Virus record (IMG/VR): IMGVR_UViG_3300028392_000059
Coordinates: 11,365-75,364 of that record
Direction: 5' to 3' (one strand)
Length of the DNA stretch: 64,000 bases
DNA from: a virus
The notes beneath the pieces were generated by a model. That model did no database searches and was not told where the DNA came from. It was given only the letters and a program-made list of their open reading frames with translations. Below are positions 1 to 10,538 of this stretch, one piece after another (positions within the stretch are counted from its first letter, which is position 1; each line of letters opens with the position of its first letter). The position numbers were made by a program, and so were the translations under genes.

Positions 1-3000
1 CTGGAATGCTATCACTTGTGCCAGTTCCCGGACCGCTCACGTGGCCGCCATCAGCAAAGAAGGAACCAATCAGAGTCCCAAAGAGAGCACCAAGACCGCC
101 AGCGGCACCCGCAAGTCCACCCATGCCGCCTCCAGCGCCTCCGAGACTCTTACCAATACCCTTTGTGAGTGTATCAGTGCTTGTCTTAAAAGTATCACCT
201 AAACCCTTGGTAAGTGCATCGGTACTACTACCAAACGTACTCCCAAGAACGTCAGCACCATCTGTAAGACTGCCAGTAATATCACCACCAAGTGCTGCAC
301 CACCTTTACCAAGCAAACCACCAATACCGTTTGAGATAGGCGCAATAGAACCAGACATATCAGGAAGACTGGTTAAGCTATTACCAAGCGCACCAAAATC
401 ACTTGTAAGATTACTACCAACATCAGGAAGACCTGCAAGGCTCATAGCACCACTACCACTAGGATCAAGACCCTGGCCAAATGTCCAAGGAGTTTTACTG
501 CTAGCGTCAAATGCTGATACAGTATCAAACAATGAACCTACACCTGAAGTGTCTTGCTTTTGACCACCAAAAATACTACCATCAAACACACCTTTAATAG
601 CTTTTGTAATGAAGCCATTTTCACCTGTAATAGAATCAGTCATGCTATTTACAATTGTGTGAAGAATATCACTAGAAAGACCATCAAAGATTGTTTTAAA
701 GAAATCACCCTTACCTGTGAAAGCATCGTAAAGTGCTGTTTTAAGATTAGAGTCAAGGCTGGTTGCAATGGTGTCACCAAGCTTCTTGAAGATACTATCA
801 GCGTTTAAGATACTATTTGAAAACTTGTCAAGGTCTTCACGCATATCTTTAAGCTGTTTTGCCAACTTGTCTGTAGGCAGACCATTAGCAACTGCAGTAT
901 CAATCTCTTCCATCTTAGCACGAATATCATCAGCAGCCTTGTTCAGCTTAATTTGCTGCTTAGGCGACGCTGCAATACGTGTAGCTTCAGGAATTAAATC
1001 AGCACGACCTGCAGCAAGTTTATGATCACGAGCAGCAAGTAATGCATCAGACGCTCTAAACAGGTCATGAGGCTTATTCGCATAATCAATAGGCTTAGGT
1101 GTATCTATTGTAGCAATCTGTGGATCAGCTGTAGATGTTTGGCGAGTATCTGCAAAACCAAAATGAATATGATTTTTATGGCTCTTATCGTTAATACCAT
1201 GTGGTCCCATATCAGGACCAAATACTTGCTTAGTACCGCCAGCATTATAACGTGGCTTGATACCATACTTAGCAAGAGCAGCTTCTACAGCCTTTGTTGT
1301 AAGACGAACACCCGGAACACTAAAGTCTAAAGCATGCGGATCAGGCCCATAATGATCTGATACATTACCGTCTGCAGTAAGCCTTTTATGTTTAGCAGGA
1401 TCTTTGATGATAGCAGTTGGCCATTCAGCTTTAATAGCCGACGCTACGTCTTTTGCAGTAAGTGTTGTGGTTTCACTAGTATTAAGTTTACCAAGAAGAG
1501 CTTTAGTATTATCTTCAGTAGCCTTAGTGTTCTTATCAAGAGGCGTAGCAAGGAAATCTTTGAGGTCTTGCCCAAATTCCGTTTTGAACAATTCTTCAAA
1601 ACTCTTACGTAAAGCTTCTAGATCAGCACCAGGTTTAAGAAAGGCATCGTTAATGATCTTACCAAGTCCGGGTGTAAGATTAGGAAGTTCCAAAGCCTTG
1701 CTAAAGAAGTCAGTATTAACAGCGTCACTTGTGATCTTTTTACGTTGATCTTGAGGAAGCTTATTAAATTGACGTTCATTTAAATCAAAGTTAGGGAAGA
1801 TTTCCTTGATCTTAGCAAGACCAGTTTTAGCGCCACGCTCCCAAGCATCAGCAAAGCTATTTGAAATGTCGCTAAACAATGAAATGTATTCGCCAGTTTG
1901 TTTAAGCTTACGCGCAAAAGCAAACGAACTAACACCCGCATCAGCAAACGCTTGAAGCTTAGCTTTTACAGCATCAGCAGCGTTAGCAAGGTACGCAGAA
2001 AATTGAACACCAAAAACACCAGTGTTAACAGCATCAAGTGATGTGCTAAAAGCTTCATTAATACGCTCAGCATACTTGTCAGCTGAAATAGTAAGCTTTT
2101 GAAGCATAACATCACGTTCACGCTCAAGCTTTAACGCCTCAGCCTGAAGTTGGATAGCTTCTTGAAGATTACTAGTGTCATCAGCCTTTAACTTCTTAAG
2201 TTGAATTTTCTTATCAAGCTCAACAAGCTGTTGTAACTGCTGCGTATCAATACGAGCAATAGTAGCTGCATCAGTAAGTCCACTACGAGAAAGACTATCA
2301 AAGAAACCCTTACCGGTGTTACTAAAAGATGCCACAAGCTTTTCACGAATTTTACCAAGCAACTCGGCTTTCTTTGTGAGTAAGCTAGACACATCTTGAG
2401 TAGGTGCGGCCTTCTTTAAGGCTTCTTCAATTTTATGAATTTCAGCAGCAACACTAGAAACATTAGAACGTGCATCTTGGCTTAAACGAGCAAAACTAAG
2501 AGCATTGATTTCAATACCAGCTTCATTAATATCAGCAAGTAATTCTTTAAAACCATAACGATCTTTATGTCGGCTTTCACCACCACTCTTTGTACCTAAC
2601 GCACTCAGTGCCACTTGTGCTTGTGCAGCTTTGTTGGCATTTTCAGTGAGGCTATCCGAAGCCATTTTAATGTACTTAGGATCAACCTTGCCCTGATTGT
2701 CGTTAATATACTTCTGCTGTGAGTAAGCATTAACATTAGCATCACTGATTGTCTTCTGAAGCTTAAGTGCTTTTGTAGAACGTACATTGCTGCTAAGAAT
2801 GTTAGGATCAGTAATACCTGCAAGACTTGCGCCTGCAGCACCACTAATACCATTATCGGTGATTGTTTGAATAGAACGACTTAAAGCGTTTGCAGATGCA
2901 ATCTTAAGATCGTAAGTATCAGAAATAACTTGGCGAAGTTTAGCTTGATAATTCTCTAAAGCAGATGGATCACTACCTAGTTTATTTAAGGCGTTATTAG

Positions 3001-6000
3001 CATCTACAGAGGCTACGTTTACTTCTTGAATTTTCTGAGTAAGATCAACAATATCTTTTGTTGGTAAATTAATATACTCAGACATACTAAGAGTAGGTAC
3101 GTCAAACTTCTGAAGAGCAGAATTAATACCTTCAAGACTAAAATCTTTAGGTGCCATTTTCTGAAGTGACAGACGAGCATCATTAGCTTTGTTACGTAAA
3201 TCTTGAAGATAAGCAGGAGCAGCATCCGACGGTGCACTATCAAGCTCAGCTTTAAGACGTAAATATTCACTAGAAGCTTCTGAAAAAGCTTTAGACGCTT
3301 TGTCACCAGAAATCTTAAATGCAGTCAATGCATCAACAGAAACAGAACCACCAAGAGCGCCACTTTGCTGTTGTGCTTGAGTACCAAGTAAGAGATCGTT
3401 AGTGTTAATGTCAATAAGAGCTTTAGCACTTGCTTCCGTGCTTGCAAGACGTTCTTGAGCAAACTTACGAGCAGATAATGTAGACGAGTCTTGAAAAGCT
3501 TTTTGAGCTTCTAAATGCTGGTCTGCATACAGTTTATATTGTGCAAGATCTTTATCAAGACCGTTAAATTTAGACATGTCATTAGCACTAAAACCAATAC
3601 CAAGATTAGCAGCATCTGTGCCAACTGATTTTAAGCGTTCAGTTTGTTTAGCAATATCAAGTTGATGTTTACCAAGATCAACAACAGCTTTAGCAGCCTT
3701 AATCTTAGCAAGGCCTGCTTGGTCTGCGATAGTTTTCTCACGAAGACTACGTTTAATAAAGTCAGCTTGGCTATTATCACCCTCGTAGCTACGATAGCCT
3801 TCACGTGTAGTTTTAAGAACTCGCGCGCTAGCTTCATTAAACTTCTTTGCAGCGATATCATAATTTACTTGAGCTTGTGACTTATTTACTGCATCAGGAT
3901 TAGCTTGATCATACGCAAGCCTAGCTTTACTCTTTGTAGGTTCATATGCGCCAGGCTTAGCAAACTTATAGTACTTTTCAGCTTCTTTAGAAATGGCAGC
4001 ATCAAAAGTATTATAGCGTTGCGCTTGTGCAATCGAAGGATCTTTGATACGATCACGCACTCCATCGTACAACGAAGAAATACCGCTACCAAGACCTGTA
4101 AGTACATCAATAACAGATGTAACACCTGTAACGTCTTGCACAAACTTACTAATATCTGAATTCAAAAACGTTTTAGCAAGATTAAGAAAACCAATACCAA
4201 GCTGTTCAGCAGCCCACGCAAGTCCACCTACAACAGCCGCTGTATCAACATACAGTTCATGCCCAACAAGCTTCATTGCATCAGAAATACCTTTACCCAT
4301 TTTGTAGAAGACGGCCTCAACGAAACCATCACCACCGGGACCAAAGATAAGTCGACTAAAGTTACCTGTTAACGAACTATCACCACCGGCAATATTCTGT
4401 TGAGCAGCAGCGACACGCTGTTGTGTAACCTCATTACCAGTTTTACGATTAGGATCAATTGTAGCGTATCTAGCAAGGCGATCAAGAACTTCATTATATT
4501 GTGCTTGCGCAAGAAGCTTAGTCTCTTCATTATTACCACTCTTTGCTTTCTCAGCAAGATTAGCAAAGGCGTCTTGCGCTGTTTTTAAGTAACTATCAAG
4601 AGCAGCTTGCTCATCAGCTGACAATTTACCTAAGTCAATATTTTGAAGTTCATTAGCATAGTTAAAATCTTGACCAGCAACTTTATTTTTACCGTAATCA
4701 GTAGCAAGCTTGCTAGATTTACCAACGTCAGTTTTAGCTTCAACACCAAAAAGACCAAGGACATTATCGCCAAGCCATTTAATATTGTCACTAAACTTGT
4801 CGAAGGGGCCAATAAAACCTACAAAAGCAGCAGCAAGTAATGCACCTGTTACAGCAATAGGTACCCAAACGTCAGCAGTAACACCTAATACTACTTCTAC
4901 TAAACCAGCAAATGCGCCCCATACAAGACGACCTGCTCCAAGTAGCATTGCACCAAAACCACCAAGCATACCAAGCAAAGGCTTAAGAAGCTTACCAAAC
5001 GAAGCACTGATACCACCTGCAGCGCCTGCAGCAATATTATCTGTAACAGCGCCTTCAACAGCGCTTACAGGATTTGCTTTATTAGGTTTAGCAATATTCT
5101 TAAGAACATCAGCAAGTTTACTAACACCACCAAGCGCATTTTCAACTGTCATTGCAGCCCAAAATGCTTTAACAGCTTTCATTCGTTCACCCCACCATGC
5201 GGTAGAGAAGATTGGTGAAGCTGTGATAGTCCCTATGTACGTTTTGACATCAGCAGTAGCAGCTTTCCAGCCAGCAGCATTTGCGCCGGGAACAAGGGAT
5301 TTGGTAAGTTCAGCACGTTTAGTAGCAAGTTCAGTAGCCTGATCAGCATTAATCTGTTTAATAAAGCCAGTGCGTGAAGGAAGCCCTTGTGCTTTACGAT
5401 CTTTCTTTGAAATCTTATCGTAATCGTCAAGAGCATACATTTTCTTTTCGCGCTGTAAAGACTTAAAATCTTCTAATTTGCCACCAACAGAATCATTGAT
5501 GAATGAATTCTTCGTTGATTTAAAAGTAGAGAAACCTTTCCATACAGCAGAAAGACCACGCAATGCAGCAGTCAGCACAAGCGTAGATACAGCAATTGTA
5601 CCAATGCTAGAACCAAGGTTACTAAAGGCACCACTTGCAGAAACAGCAGCCTGTGCAGTCCCAGCAAGGCCAATAGTAACACTAATCGCAGCAGCAACAA
5701 GAAATAACTTGCTCTTAAGTAATGTACCAAGGCTCTTAAAGTAAGGCTCAACAAAAGCAAAGAACCTAATCATACTTGCCTTAAGTCCGGAAAGAGTATT
5801 TGCAATTAGTTCTACAAACGTAGCACCAATAATAGCACTTCCAGACTTGATGATAGCAACAAGTTTGATCAGTTTTTCTTTTGTAGACTTACTAATATCA
5901 CCAACGGATAATGTAGGCGTAATGTTAGTGCCTTTTACACTATCTTTCAAATTACGGAAAGACTTCTTAAAATCTGTCTTTTCAAAAGTAGGAATACCAC

Positions 6001-9000
6001 CAGCATTACCCGTTTGTCGCGTAAACAACATGCTTTTGAGATCAATTTCACCAGCAGCATACCGTTTACGATTAGCAATAATATTATCAAAGACATTCTT
6101 GAAGTCATTCTTTACTTCATCAAGTGCCTTTGCGATTGGCCCTTTCTGACGACGAGTAGATGCAGACAACGAAGTAAAAATACCGTCAAAAGAATTTGTA
6201 AATTTATCTATAGCAGTTTGTGGAAGAGCAGCGTGAACTAGTGCAGAGCCAAGTGTACCAACAACGTCACCAACAAGCTTAAGACCTATTGACGAAACGT
6301 CTTTAAGAAACCTAGCACCACCGTCTTTACCAAATATTGCAATGGCAAGAAAAGGAATAGCTGCTTGACTTACTTCAGTAAGTTTAAATGCATCTGTAAA
6401 GCCAAGAGAAATGATACCAGCAGCAAGCGCCGCAAACTTAGGCTCATCAAAGAAATCTGTAGCTAGACGCTTAGTGATATTGAGCTTGGACGCATTACCA
6501 ATTAATGGTCCTGCATAACCTTGAAACAATGCATTAAAAATACCAGCTTTAGGTGCTCGCTTTTCTGTACCTGGACGACCAAAGATAACAGTGAAGATAT
6601 CTTTAAACTTCATACCAGAGAATTTAGCATATGCAAGTGCAATTGCTGCAATAGAACCAATAACACCGTTTGAAAAGATTGGAATGAGATTATCAAAGAA
6701 GTTTAGTGGACCTTGCAGAGCAGGTACTAAACCAACTAAAAAGCTCTCAAGAATACGCGGAAGTGCTTTACCAACAAGAATAATATCTTCAAGCATTGCA
6801 GTAAATAAATGCTTAGCAAATTCTGCACCAATCTTACCTGCAGCATCACCGATGCTAGGGGCAAGCTTTGCAACGGCACCGCCAGTTGCTGTGTCAATAA
6901 CGCTAAGTAAATACCCAATGGCAAATACTTTTCCAACACCTTCAGATTTAACTAAAGCAAATGCAGCATAAAGAATAGATACAAAACTATTTGCAATATT
7001 TTTAGCAGACTCACCCCAATTAATAGACTTGATTGTAAATGCAATTTCAGAGAAAGAAGAACCAAATTTACCAGCAAATGTTTGTACTTTTTCTAAAAGC
7101 TTCTTAAAGACATTAATGATAAAGTCTTTAAATTTACCGATGTAATCTGTAGACGATGATAAACGAGTAGTGTGCTTGTTTACACCATCAACAAGATCGG
7201 GCCAGTAGGAGTGACCAACAACTTTATCCCAGATGTCATAAAAGACACCCTTTACATAAGTGCCAAACTTTTGAATGCGAGATTCTACACCACCAAGATG
7301 TGAGTTAGCATAGTTAAGCAGAGACTTAAACATCTGAATAACATAACCAATAGCAGCATTAGCAGCATTTTTCAAGCTATCAAAAACAGCACCGTAATCG
7401 ATTGTAGTGAGTTGTTTGTAAATTTCTGAAGCAACACCTGTAAAGACACCAACAACACCTGCAGCAATAGACTTCAAAAGACCTAAAACAATACCGACGA
7501 TAGCTTTACCAAGGCCCTTAGAATAACCGTCCAGTGAAGACGATTTTTCTACAATGCCTGTAAATAGAGAAGCTAGACCTTTTGTGCCAGCTACAATACC
7601 ATCTACTAAGCTTTTACCAAAAGCAACACCACGTTTAAAGCTAAAGGAAGCCTTAAAGGTATCACTAACAGTCTTCAAAACAACATACAAACTAACTTTG
7701 ATGTTATAGATGAATTTAGAAAGGTCAGGTGCAATTAAGTCGTCGTACAAACGTTTAGCCGCATCGCCAGCAAGACGGAAATACTGCGCAAGGCGGTCAA
7801 GGCGTGTATCACGAATACGAATAAGCTGATTGTCAATAAGGCCAAGTTTGATTAAGAATGTCTGAGCGGGCCATACCCAACTCTTAAAAAGAACACGCTC
7901 TTTTTCTTTAAAGATGTAATCCCAGTTATCAAGTCGAATAAGATGATTGTCAATAATGTCATTAACTTTAGATAAATTAGCAGCAAATTCTACAATACTA
8001 CGCGATTTAAATAAATCAACAAGAGCACGACCAGCAAAGTTATCGCTGAAAGAGCCTAATGTAAGAGTTTCAGCAACAGCCTCAAGAGAGCGATTTAATG
8101 GAAGCAGTGATTTGTAAATAAACACATCAACAGCTTTACCGCTCTTTGCAAAATTAGCAATGATTGTTTCTTTAAAACGAACAAAAGGTAAAGTAATGTA
8201 TGGAACTGTACGTGCAATATTACGCACAAAGATTTCGAATGTACGTGCAAATTGCGCAAGTGTATCAACAATTGCTTCAACACTCTTACGAGTATCACCA
8301 ACATCAAAGAAGCTATTTTCCTTAGTTGGCTTCTTTACACGAGAGAAAAGTTTTTGAATTAAGTTAGGCGGAACAGCAGCTTCTTGCGACTTACCAAAGA
8401 ACGCTTTGAATTCTTGCAAAATTAATGCGGACTGCTTTTTAAGTTCAGTCTTTGTAGAGCTAACGTTAAATACATCACCAATGTTGAATTTATGCTTATT
8501 AAGCATATCAAGATTAGCAAGGTAGTTGTTAAAAGCATTCTTTACAGTAAGCAGCTTTAGCGTGATGCTATCAGACGAGCCACTAATACCTTTAGCCATG
8601 CTTGCAAAGCTAGAGCCAAGCTTACTTGAAAAACCGATTGCAAGATTGATATCACCAAAGAAATAGCTAAGTGACTGCCTAAGCATATTAAAGCCAGCAG
8701 CAGCACTTACAGTAGTTTTGTTAAAATCTTTATCGGTAGAGTCAGCCATCTTTTCGATAGCTGTAATAACTTGGTCCGCTGTCAACTGCCCATTAGCAGC
8801 AAATTGACGCATTTGCCCAACAGTCAAGCCTAATGATTTTGCAAGACCTTGACCTAAATAGGCCATCTGCTCCATGACAGAGTTGAGCTCTTCACCGCGC
8901 AGCGTACCTGAGCCAATACCCTGACCGAGCTGCACAAGAGCCGCATTAACAGAGTCAATAGAAGAACCAGACAACGTACCAGCTTGCTGAATTGTCTTTG

Positions 9001-9535
9001 TAATCTTAAGAATACGCTGTGAACTTACATTAGCACTTTCAAGCGACTTAGAAAACGTTGTGTAAATAGCAGCATTAGAAGCTAATGACGTACGCGTATC
9101 TTGCGATACTTTAAATAATTCACGTTGACGCTGTGTCAGCTCATACGTATCTTTTGTAACAAGTTTAAGACGATTACGAATAGTGTTAAGATCGTCACCT
9201 GCTTGTGCAAATAGCTGTGTACCCTTTGTAGCAGCAAATGTTGCAGCAATTGTAAGGATAGAGCCTTTAAGCAGACTTAAATTTGCACGCAAATCTGTAC
9301 TATCACTTGCAACGGCGCGTAAAGAAGAACTACCACTGCTACGAAAGTTACGAAATACTGAGCTAGATTCGTTAACAGTACGATTTAGGTCTTTAAAAGG
9401 TTTAGTGTCCACATTGCCAATGTTGTTAGCTTTTGATCCAGTAAGAATCATTTGTGCTAACGAACGATTAAGACTTTTTAAGTCCTGTTGTGCTTTTGTG
9501 GAATTTGTATCGACGTCAATTACAATACCCGACAT
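1..9535 (-). CDS. Tail tape measure protein, >3,170 aa, 3' end outside window; embedded Zn-peptidase-like domain
   Basis: ATG at 9535 (MSGIVIDVDTNSTKAQQDL...). It has the tape-measure N-domain motif (ALVQLGQGIGSGTLRGEELNSVMEQ), WDKVVGHSYWPDLVDGV near 7190-7235 and FADGGHVSGPGTGTSDSIP at the window edge. No long minus-strand ORF is listed here, consistent with one frame lacking a stop. It follows the tail chaperone genes. Confidence 0.92.
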   Translation of the reverse strand, partial: MSGIVIDVDTNSTKAQQDLKSLNRSLAQMILTGSKANNIGNVDTKPFKDLNRTVNESSSVFRNFRSSGSSSLRAVASDSTDLRANLSLLKGSILTIAATFAATKGTQLFAQAGDDLNTIRNRLKLVTKDTYELTQRQRELFKVSQDTRTSLASNAAIYTTFSKSLESANVSSQRILKITKTIQQAGTLSGSSIDSVNAALVQLGQGIGSGTLRGEELNSVMEQMAYLGQGLAKSLGLTVGQMRQFAANGQLTADQVITAIEKMADSTDKDFNKTTVSAAAGFNMLRQSLSYFFGDINLAIGFSSKLGSSFASMAKGISGSSDSITLKLLTVKNAFNNYLANLDMLNKHKFNIGDVFNVSSTKTELKKQSALILQEFKAFFGKSQEAAVPPNLIQKLFSRVKKPTKENSFFDVGDTRKSVEAIVDTLAQFARTFEIFVRNIARTVPYITLPFVRFKETIIANFAKSGKAVDVFIYKSLLPLNRSLEAVAETLTLGSFSDNFAGRALVDLFKSRSIVEFAANLSKVNDIIDNHLIRLDNWDYIFKEKERVLFKSWVWPAQTFLIKLGLIDNQLIRIRDTRLDRLAQYFRLAGDAAKRLYDDLIAPDLSKFIYNIKVSLYVVLKTVSDTFKASFSFKRGVAFGKSLVDGIVAGTKGLASLFTGIVEKSSSLDGYSKGLGKAIVGIVLGLLKSIAAGVVGVFTGVASEIYKQLTTIDYGAVFDSLKNAANAAIGYVIQMFKSLLNYANSHLGGVESRIQKFGTYVKGVFYDIWDKVVGHSYWPDLVDGVNKHTTRLSSSTDYIGKFKDFIINVFKKLLEKVQTFAGKFGSSFSEIAFTIKSINWGESAKNIANSFVSILYAAFALVKSEGVGKVFAIGYLLSVIDTATGGAVAKLAPSIGDAAGKIGAEFAKHLFTAMLEDIILVGKALPRILESFLVGLVPALQGPLNFFDNLIPIFSNGVIGSIAAIALAYAKFSGMKFKDIFTVIFGRPGTEKRAPKAGIFNALFQGYAGPLIGNASKLNITKRLATDFFDEPKFAALAAGIISLGFTDAFKLTEVSQAAIPFLAIAIFGKDGGARFLKDVSSIGLKLVGDVVGTLGSALVHAALPQTAIDKFTNSFDGIFTSLSASTRRQKGPIAKALDEVKNDFKNVFDNIIANRKRYAAGEIDLKSMLFTRQTGNAGGIPTFEKTDFKKSFRNLKDSVKGTNITPTLSVGDISKSTKEKLIKLVAIIKSGSAIIGATFVELIANTLSGLKASMIRFFAFVEPYFKSLGTLLKSKLFLVAAAISVTIGLAGTAQAAVSASGAFSNLGSSIGTIAVSTLVLTAALRGLSAVWKGFSTFKSTKNSFINDSVGGKLEDFKSLQREKKMYALDDYDKISKKDRKAQGLPSRTGFIKQINADQATELATKRAELTKSLVPGANAAGWKAATADVKTYIGTITASPIFSTAWWGERMKAVKAFWAAMTVENALGGVSKLADVLKNIAKPNKANPVSAVEGAVTDNIAAGAAGGISASFGKLLKPLLGMLGGFGAMLLGAGRLVWGAFAGLVEVVLGVTADVWVPIAVTGALLAAAFVGFIGPFDKFSDNIKWLGDNVLGLFGVEAKTDVGKSSKLATDYGKNKVAGQDFNYANELQNIDLGKLSADEQAALDSYLKTAQDAFANLAEKAKSGNNEETKLLAQAQYNEVLDRLARYATIDPNRKTGNEVTQQRVAAAQQNIAGGDSSLTGNFSRLIFGPGGDGFVEAVFYKMGKGISDAMKLVGHELYVDTAAVVGGLAWAAEQLGIGFLNLAKTFLNSDISKFVQDVTGVTSVIDVLTGLGSGISSLYDGVRDRIKDPSIAQAQRYNTFDAAISKEAEKYYKFAKPGAYEPTKSKARLAYDQANPDAVNKSQAQVNYDIAAKKFNEASARVLKTTREGYRSYEGDNSQADFIKRSLREKTIADQAGLAKIKAAKAVVDLGKHQLDIAKQTERLKSVGTDAANLGIGFSANDMSKFNGLDKDLAQYKLYADQHLEAQKAFQDSSTLSARKFAQERLASTEASAKALIDINTNDLLLGTQAQQQSGALGGSVSVDALTAFKISGDKASKAFSEASSEYLRLKAELDSAPSDAAPAYLQDLRNKANDARLSLQKMAPKDFSLEGINSALQKFDVPTLSMSEYINLPTKDIVDLTQKIQEVNVASVDANNALNKLGSDPSALENYQAKLRQVISDTYDLKIASANALSRSIQTITDNGISGAAGASLAGITDPNILSSNVRSTKALKLQKTISDANVNAYSQQKYINDNQGKVDPKYIKMASDSLTENANKAAQAQVALSALGTKSGGESRHKDRYGFKELLADINEAGIEINALSFARLSQDARSNVSSVAAEIHKIEEALKKAAPTQDVSSLLTKKAELLGKIREKLVASFSNTGKGFFDSLSRSGLTDAATIARIDTQQLQQLVELDKKIQLKKLKADDTSNLQEAIQLQAEALKLERERDVMLQKLTISADKYAERINEAFSTSLDAVNTGVFGVQFSAYLANAADAVKAKLQAFADAGVSSFAFARKLKQTGEYISLFSDISNSFADAWERGAKTGLAKIKEIFPNFDLNERQFNKLPQDQRKKITSDAVNTDFFSKALELPNLTPGLGKIINDAFLKPGADLEALRKSFEELFKTEFGQDLKDFLATPLDKNTKATEDNTKALLGKLNTSETTTLTAKDVASAIKAEWPTAIIKDPAKHKRLTADGNVSDHYGPDPHALDFSVPGVRLTTKAVEAALAKYGIKPRYNAGGTKQVFGPDMGPHGINDKSHKNHIHFGFADTRQTSTADPQIATIDTPKPIDYANKPHDLFRASDALLAARDHKLAAGRADLIPEATRIAASPKQQIKLNKAADDIRAKMEEIDTAVANGLPTDKLAKQLKDMREDLDKFSNSILNADSIFKKLGDTIATSLDSNLKTALYDAFTGKGDFFKTIFDGLSSDILHTIVNSMTDSITGENGFITKAIKGVFDGSIFGGQKQDTSGVGSLFDTVSAFDASSKTPWTFGQGLDPSGSGAMSLAGLPDVGSNLTSDFGALGNSLTSLPDMSGSIAPISNGIGGLLGKGGAALGGDITGSLTDGADVLGSTFGSSTDALTKGLGDTFKTSTDTLTKGIGKSLGGAGGGMGGLAGAAGGLGALFGTLIGSFFADGGHVSGPGTGTSDSIP

Positions 9536-9546
9536 CTCAATTCCTT

Positions 9547-9592
9547 AAATAAAAAGCCCCCACCAAGTCCGGTTAAGGAGCCTAGTGAGGGC
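9547..9592 (-). terminator. Probable intrinsic terminator/attenuator upstream of the tape measure gene
   Basis: Sense GCCCTCACTAGG...CTTGGTGGGGGC stem followed by TTTTTATTT. Confidence 0.65.
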
Positions 9593-9597
9593 AAAGA

Positions 9598-9894
9598 TCA
9601 TGCAGATCTTACGATTGTTCCACTAGGGTTAATACCCTTTTGTGATAACAAAGTTTCTTCTATAAAGTAAGCAGGTGCTTGCTCAGATGAACCACTATTT
9701 AAGCGATCTATATACTCTGCGTCATTTGTGATATGTTTACCATCATGTGACCACCGACTTTCAGCAAAACCAGTATCAACAGGTGTTGCTTCTTTTAAAC
9801 GTTCTACAGCCGTGTTTAAGATTTTCAGCTTTTCAGCTTTCATACGGGCGTCTACTTCTTTCTGTAGATCACCCTTCATTTTAACTGTTATCAT
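9598..9894 (-). CDS. HK97 gp10-like tail completion/neck protein
   Basis: TPVDTG motif and YIDRLNSGSSEQAPAYFIE; located in the tail module. Confidence 0.7.
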   Translation of the reverse strand: MITVKMKGDLQKEVDARMKAEKLKILNTAVERLKEATPVDTGFAESRWSHDGKHITNDAEYIDRLNSGSSEQAPAYFIEETLLSQKGINPSGTIVRSA

Positions 9895-10229
9895 AGACTA
9901 ATCTTATCTCCTCCAACAGCATTCATCATTTTCTGGAAGAATGCTGATTGAACCAAGGTATCAGCAGGATTACCTGAGCCCTTTCCAGGATTATAGATAC
10001 GATCAAGACTAGGAAATAACTTCCACGGCTTTTCTTTAACACCTTGTGCTTGAATTATTTTAGAGGCACGATCATCATCACGCCAGCCATAAGGACGACG
10101 TTCAAAATAATCATACCAACCTAATAATTCATCATAAGGCATTTCATCTTTGAGTTTGTAAACAGGCATTCCCAAATGCAAAGCTATCTCATAAAGAGAT
10201 AACTCATCATCTGTTAATCGGACTTTCCC
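9891..10229 (-). CDS. Tail assembly chaperone frameshift extension (lambda gpT-like part of a G-T product)
   Basis: The -1 frame is open from the GGGAAAG site (GKVRLTDDELSLYEIALHLGMPVY...) and continuous with the listed ORF 9891..10181, which has only a TTG start. Confidence 0.8.
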   Translation of the reverse strand, partial: GKVRLTDDELSLYEIALHLGMPVYKLKDEMPYDELLGWYDYFERRPYGWRDDDRASKIIQAQGVKEKPWKLFPSLDRIYNPGKGSGNPADTLVQSAFFQKMMNAVGGDKISL

Positions 10230-10537
10230 TGATCGTTACCAATACCCGAAAACTTCATGATTTCATTAGAGAGCTTCGAAAGCTCATCCATAGGCCAATT
10301 CTCAAAGTGTGCATCTTCAAGATCAGCACCACCTTCAACAGAAGCACGAATAATAGTACGAAGAATATCAAGACCTGCTTCTTCGTCAGTTTCCAGAGCC
10401 TTAGCCTTTTCCTGGATAATCTTAACTTCAGCAACGGTCAGCTTTGCAATCTTAACGTCAGTTCCAATGAACTTGACATTCTTGGTCATGCGGTGACCAA
10501 TAAGAGCCATAATACCAGACTTCATAATATCAACCAT
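10214..10537 (-). CDS. Tail assembly chaperone (lambda gpG-like), 107 aa
   Basis: Likely start MVDIMKSG at 10537; ends ...DQGKSD with the slippery G GGA AAG; lies between tail tube and tape measure genes. Confidence 0.8.
   Translation of the reverse strand: MVDIMKSGIMALIGHRMTKNVKFIGTDVKIAKLTVAEVKIIQEKAKALETDEEAGLDILRTIIRASVEGGADLEDAHFENWPMDELSKLSNEIMKFSGIGNDQGKSD
10223..10229 (-). other. Programmed -1 ribosomal frameshift site GGGAAAG
   Basis: Same heptamer as the lambda G/T site, in the correct phase (Gly-Lys) just before the stop. Confidence 0.85.
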
Positions 10538-10538
10538 T

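Noticed and set aside
6-9670. Many plus-strand ORFs and short off-frame minus-strand ORFs over the first 9.5 kb
   Set aside because: They are shadows of the single tape measure frame, with no RBS or recognisable motifs
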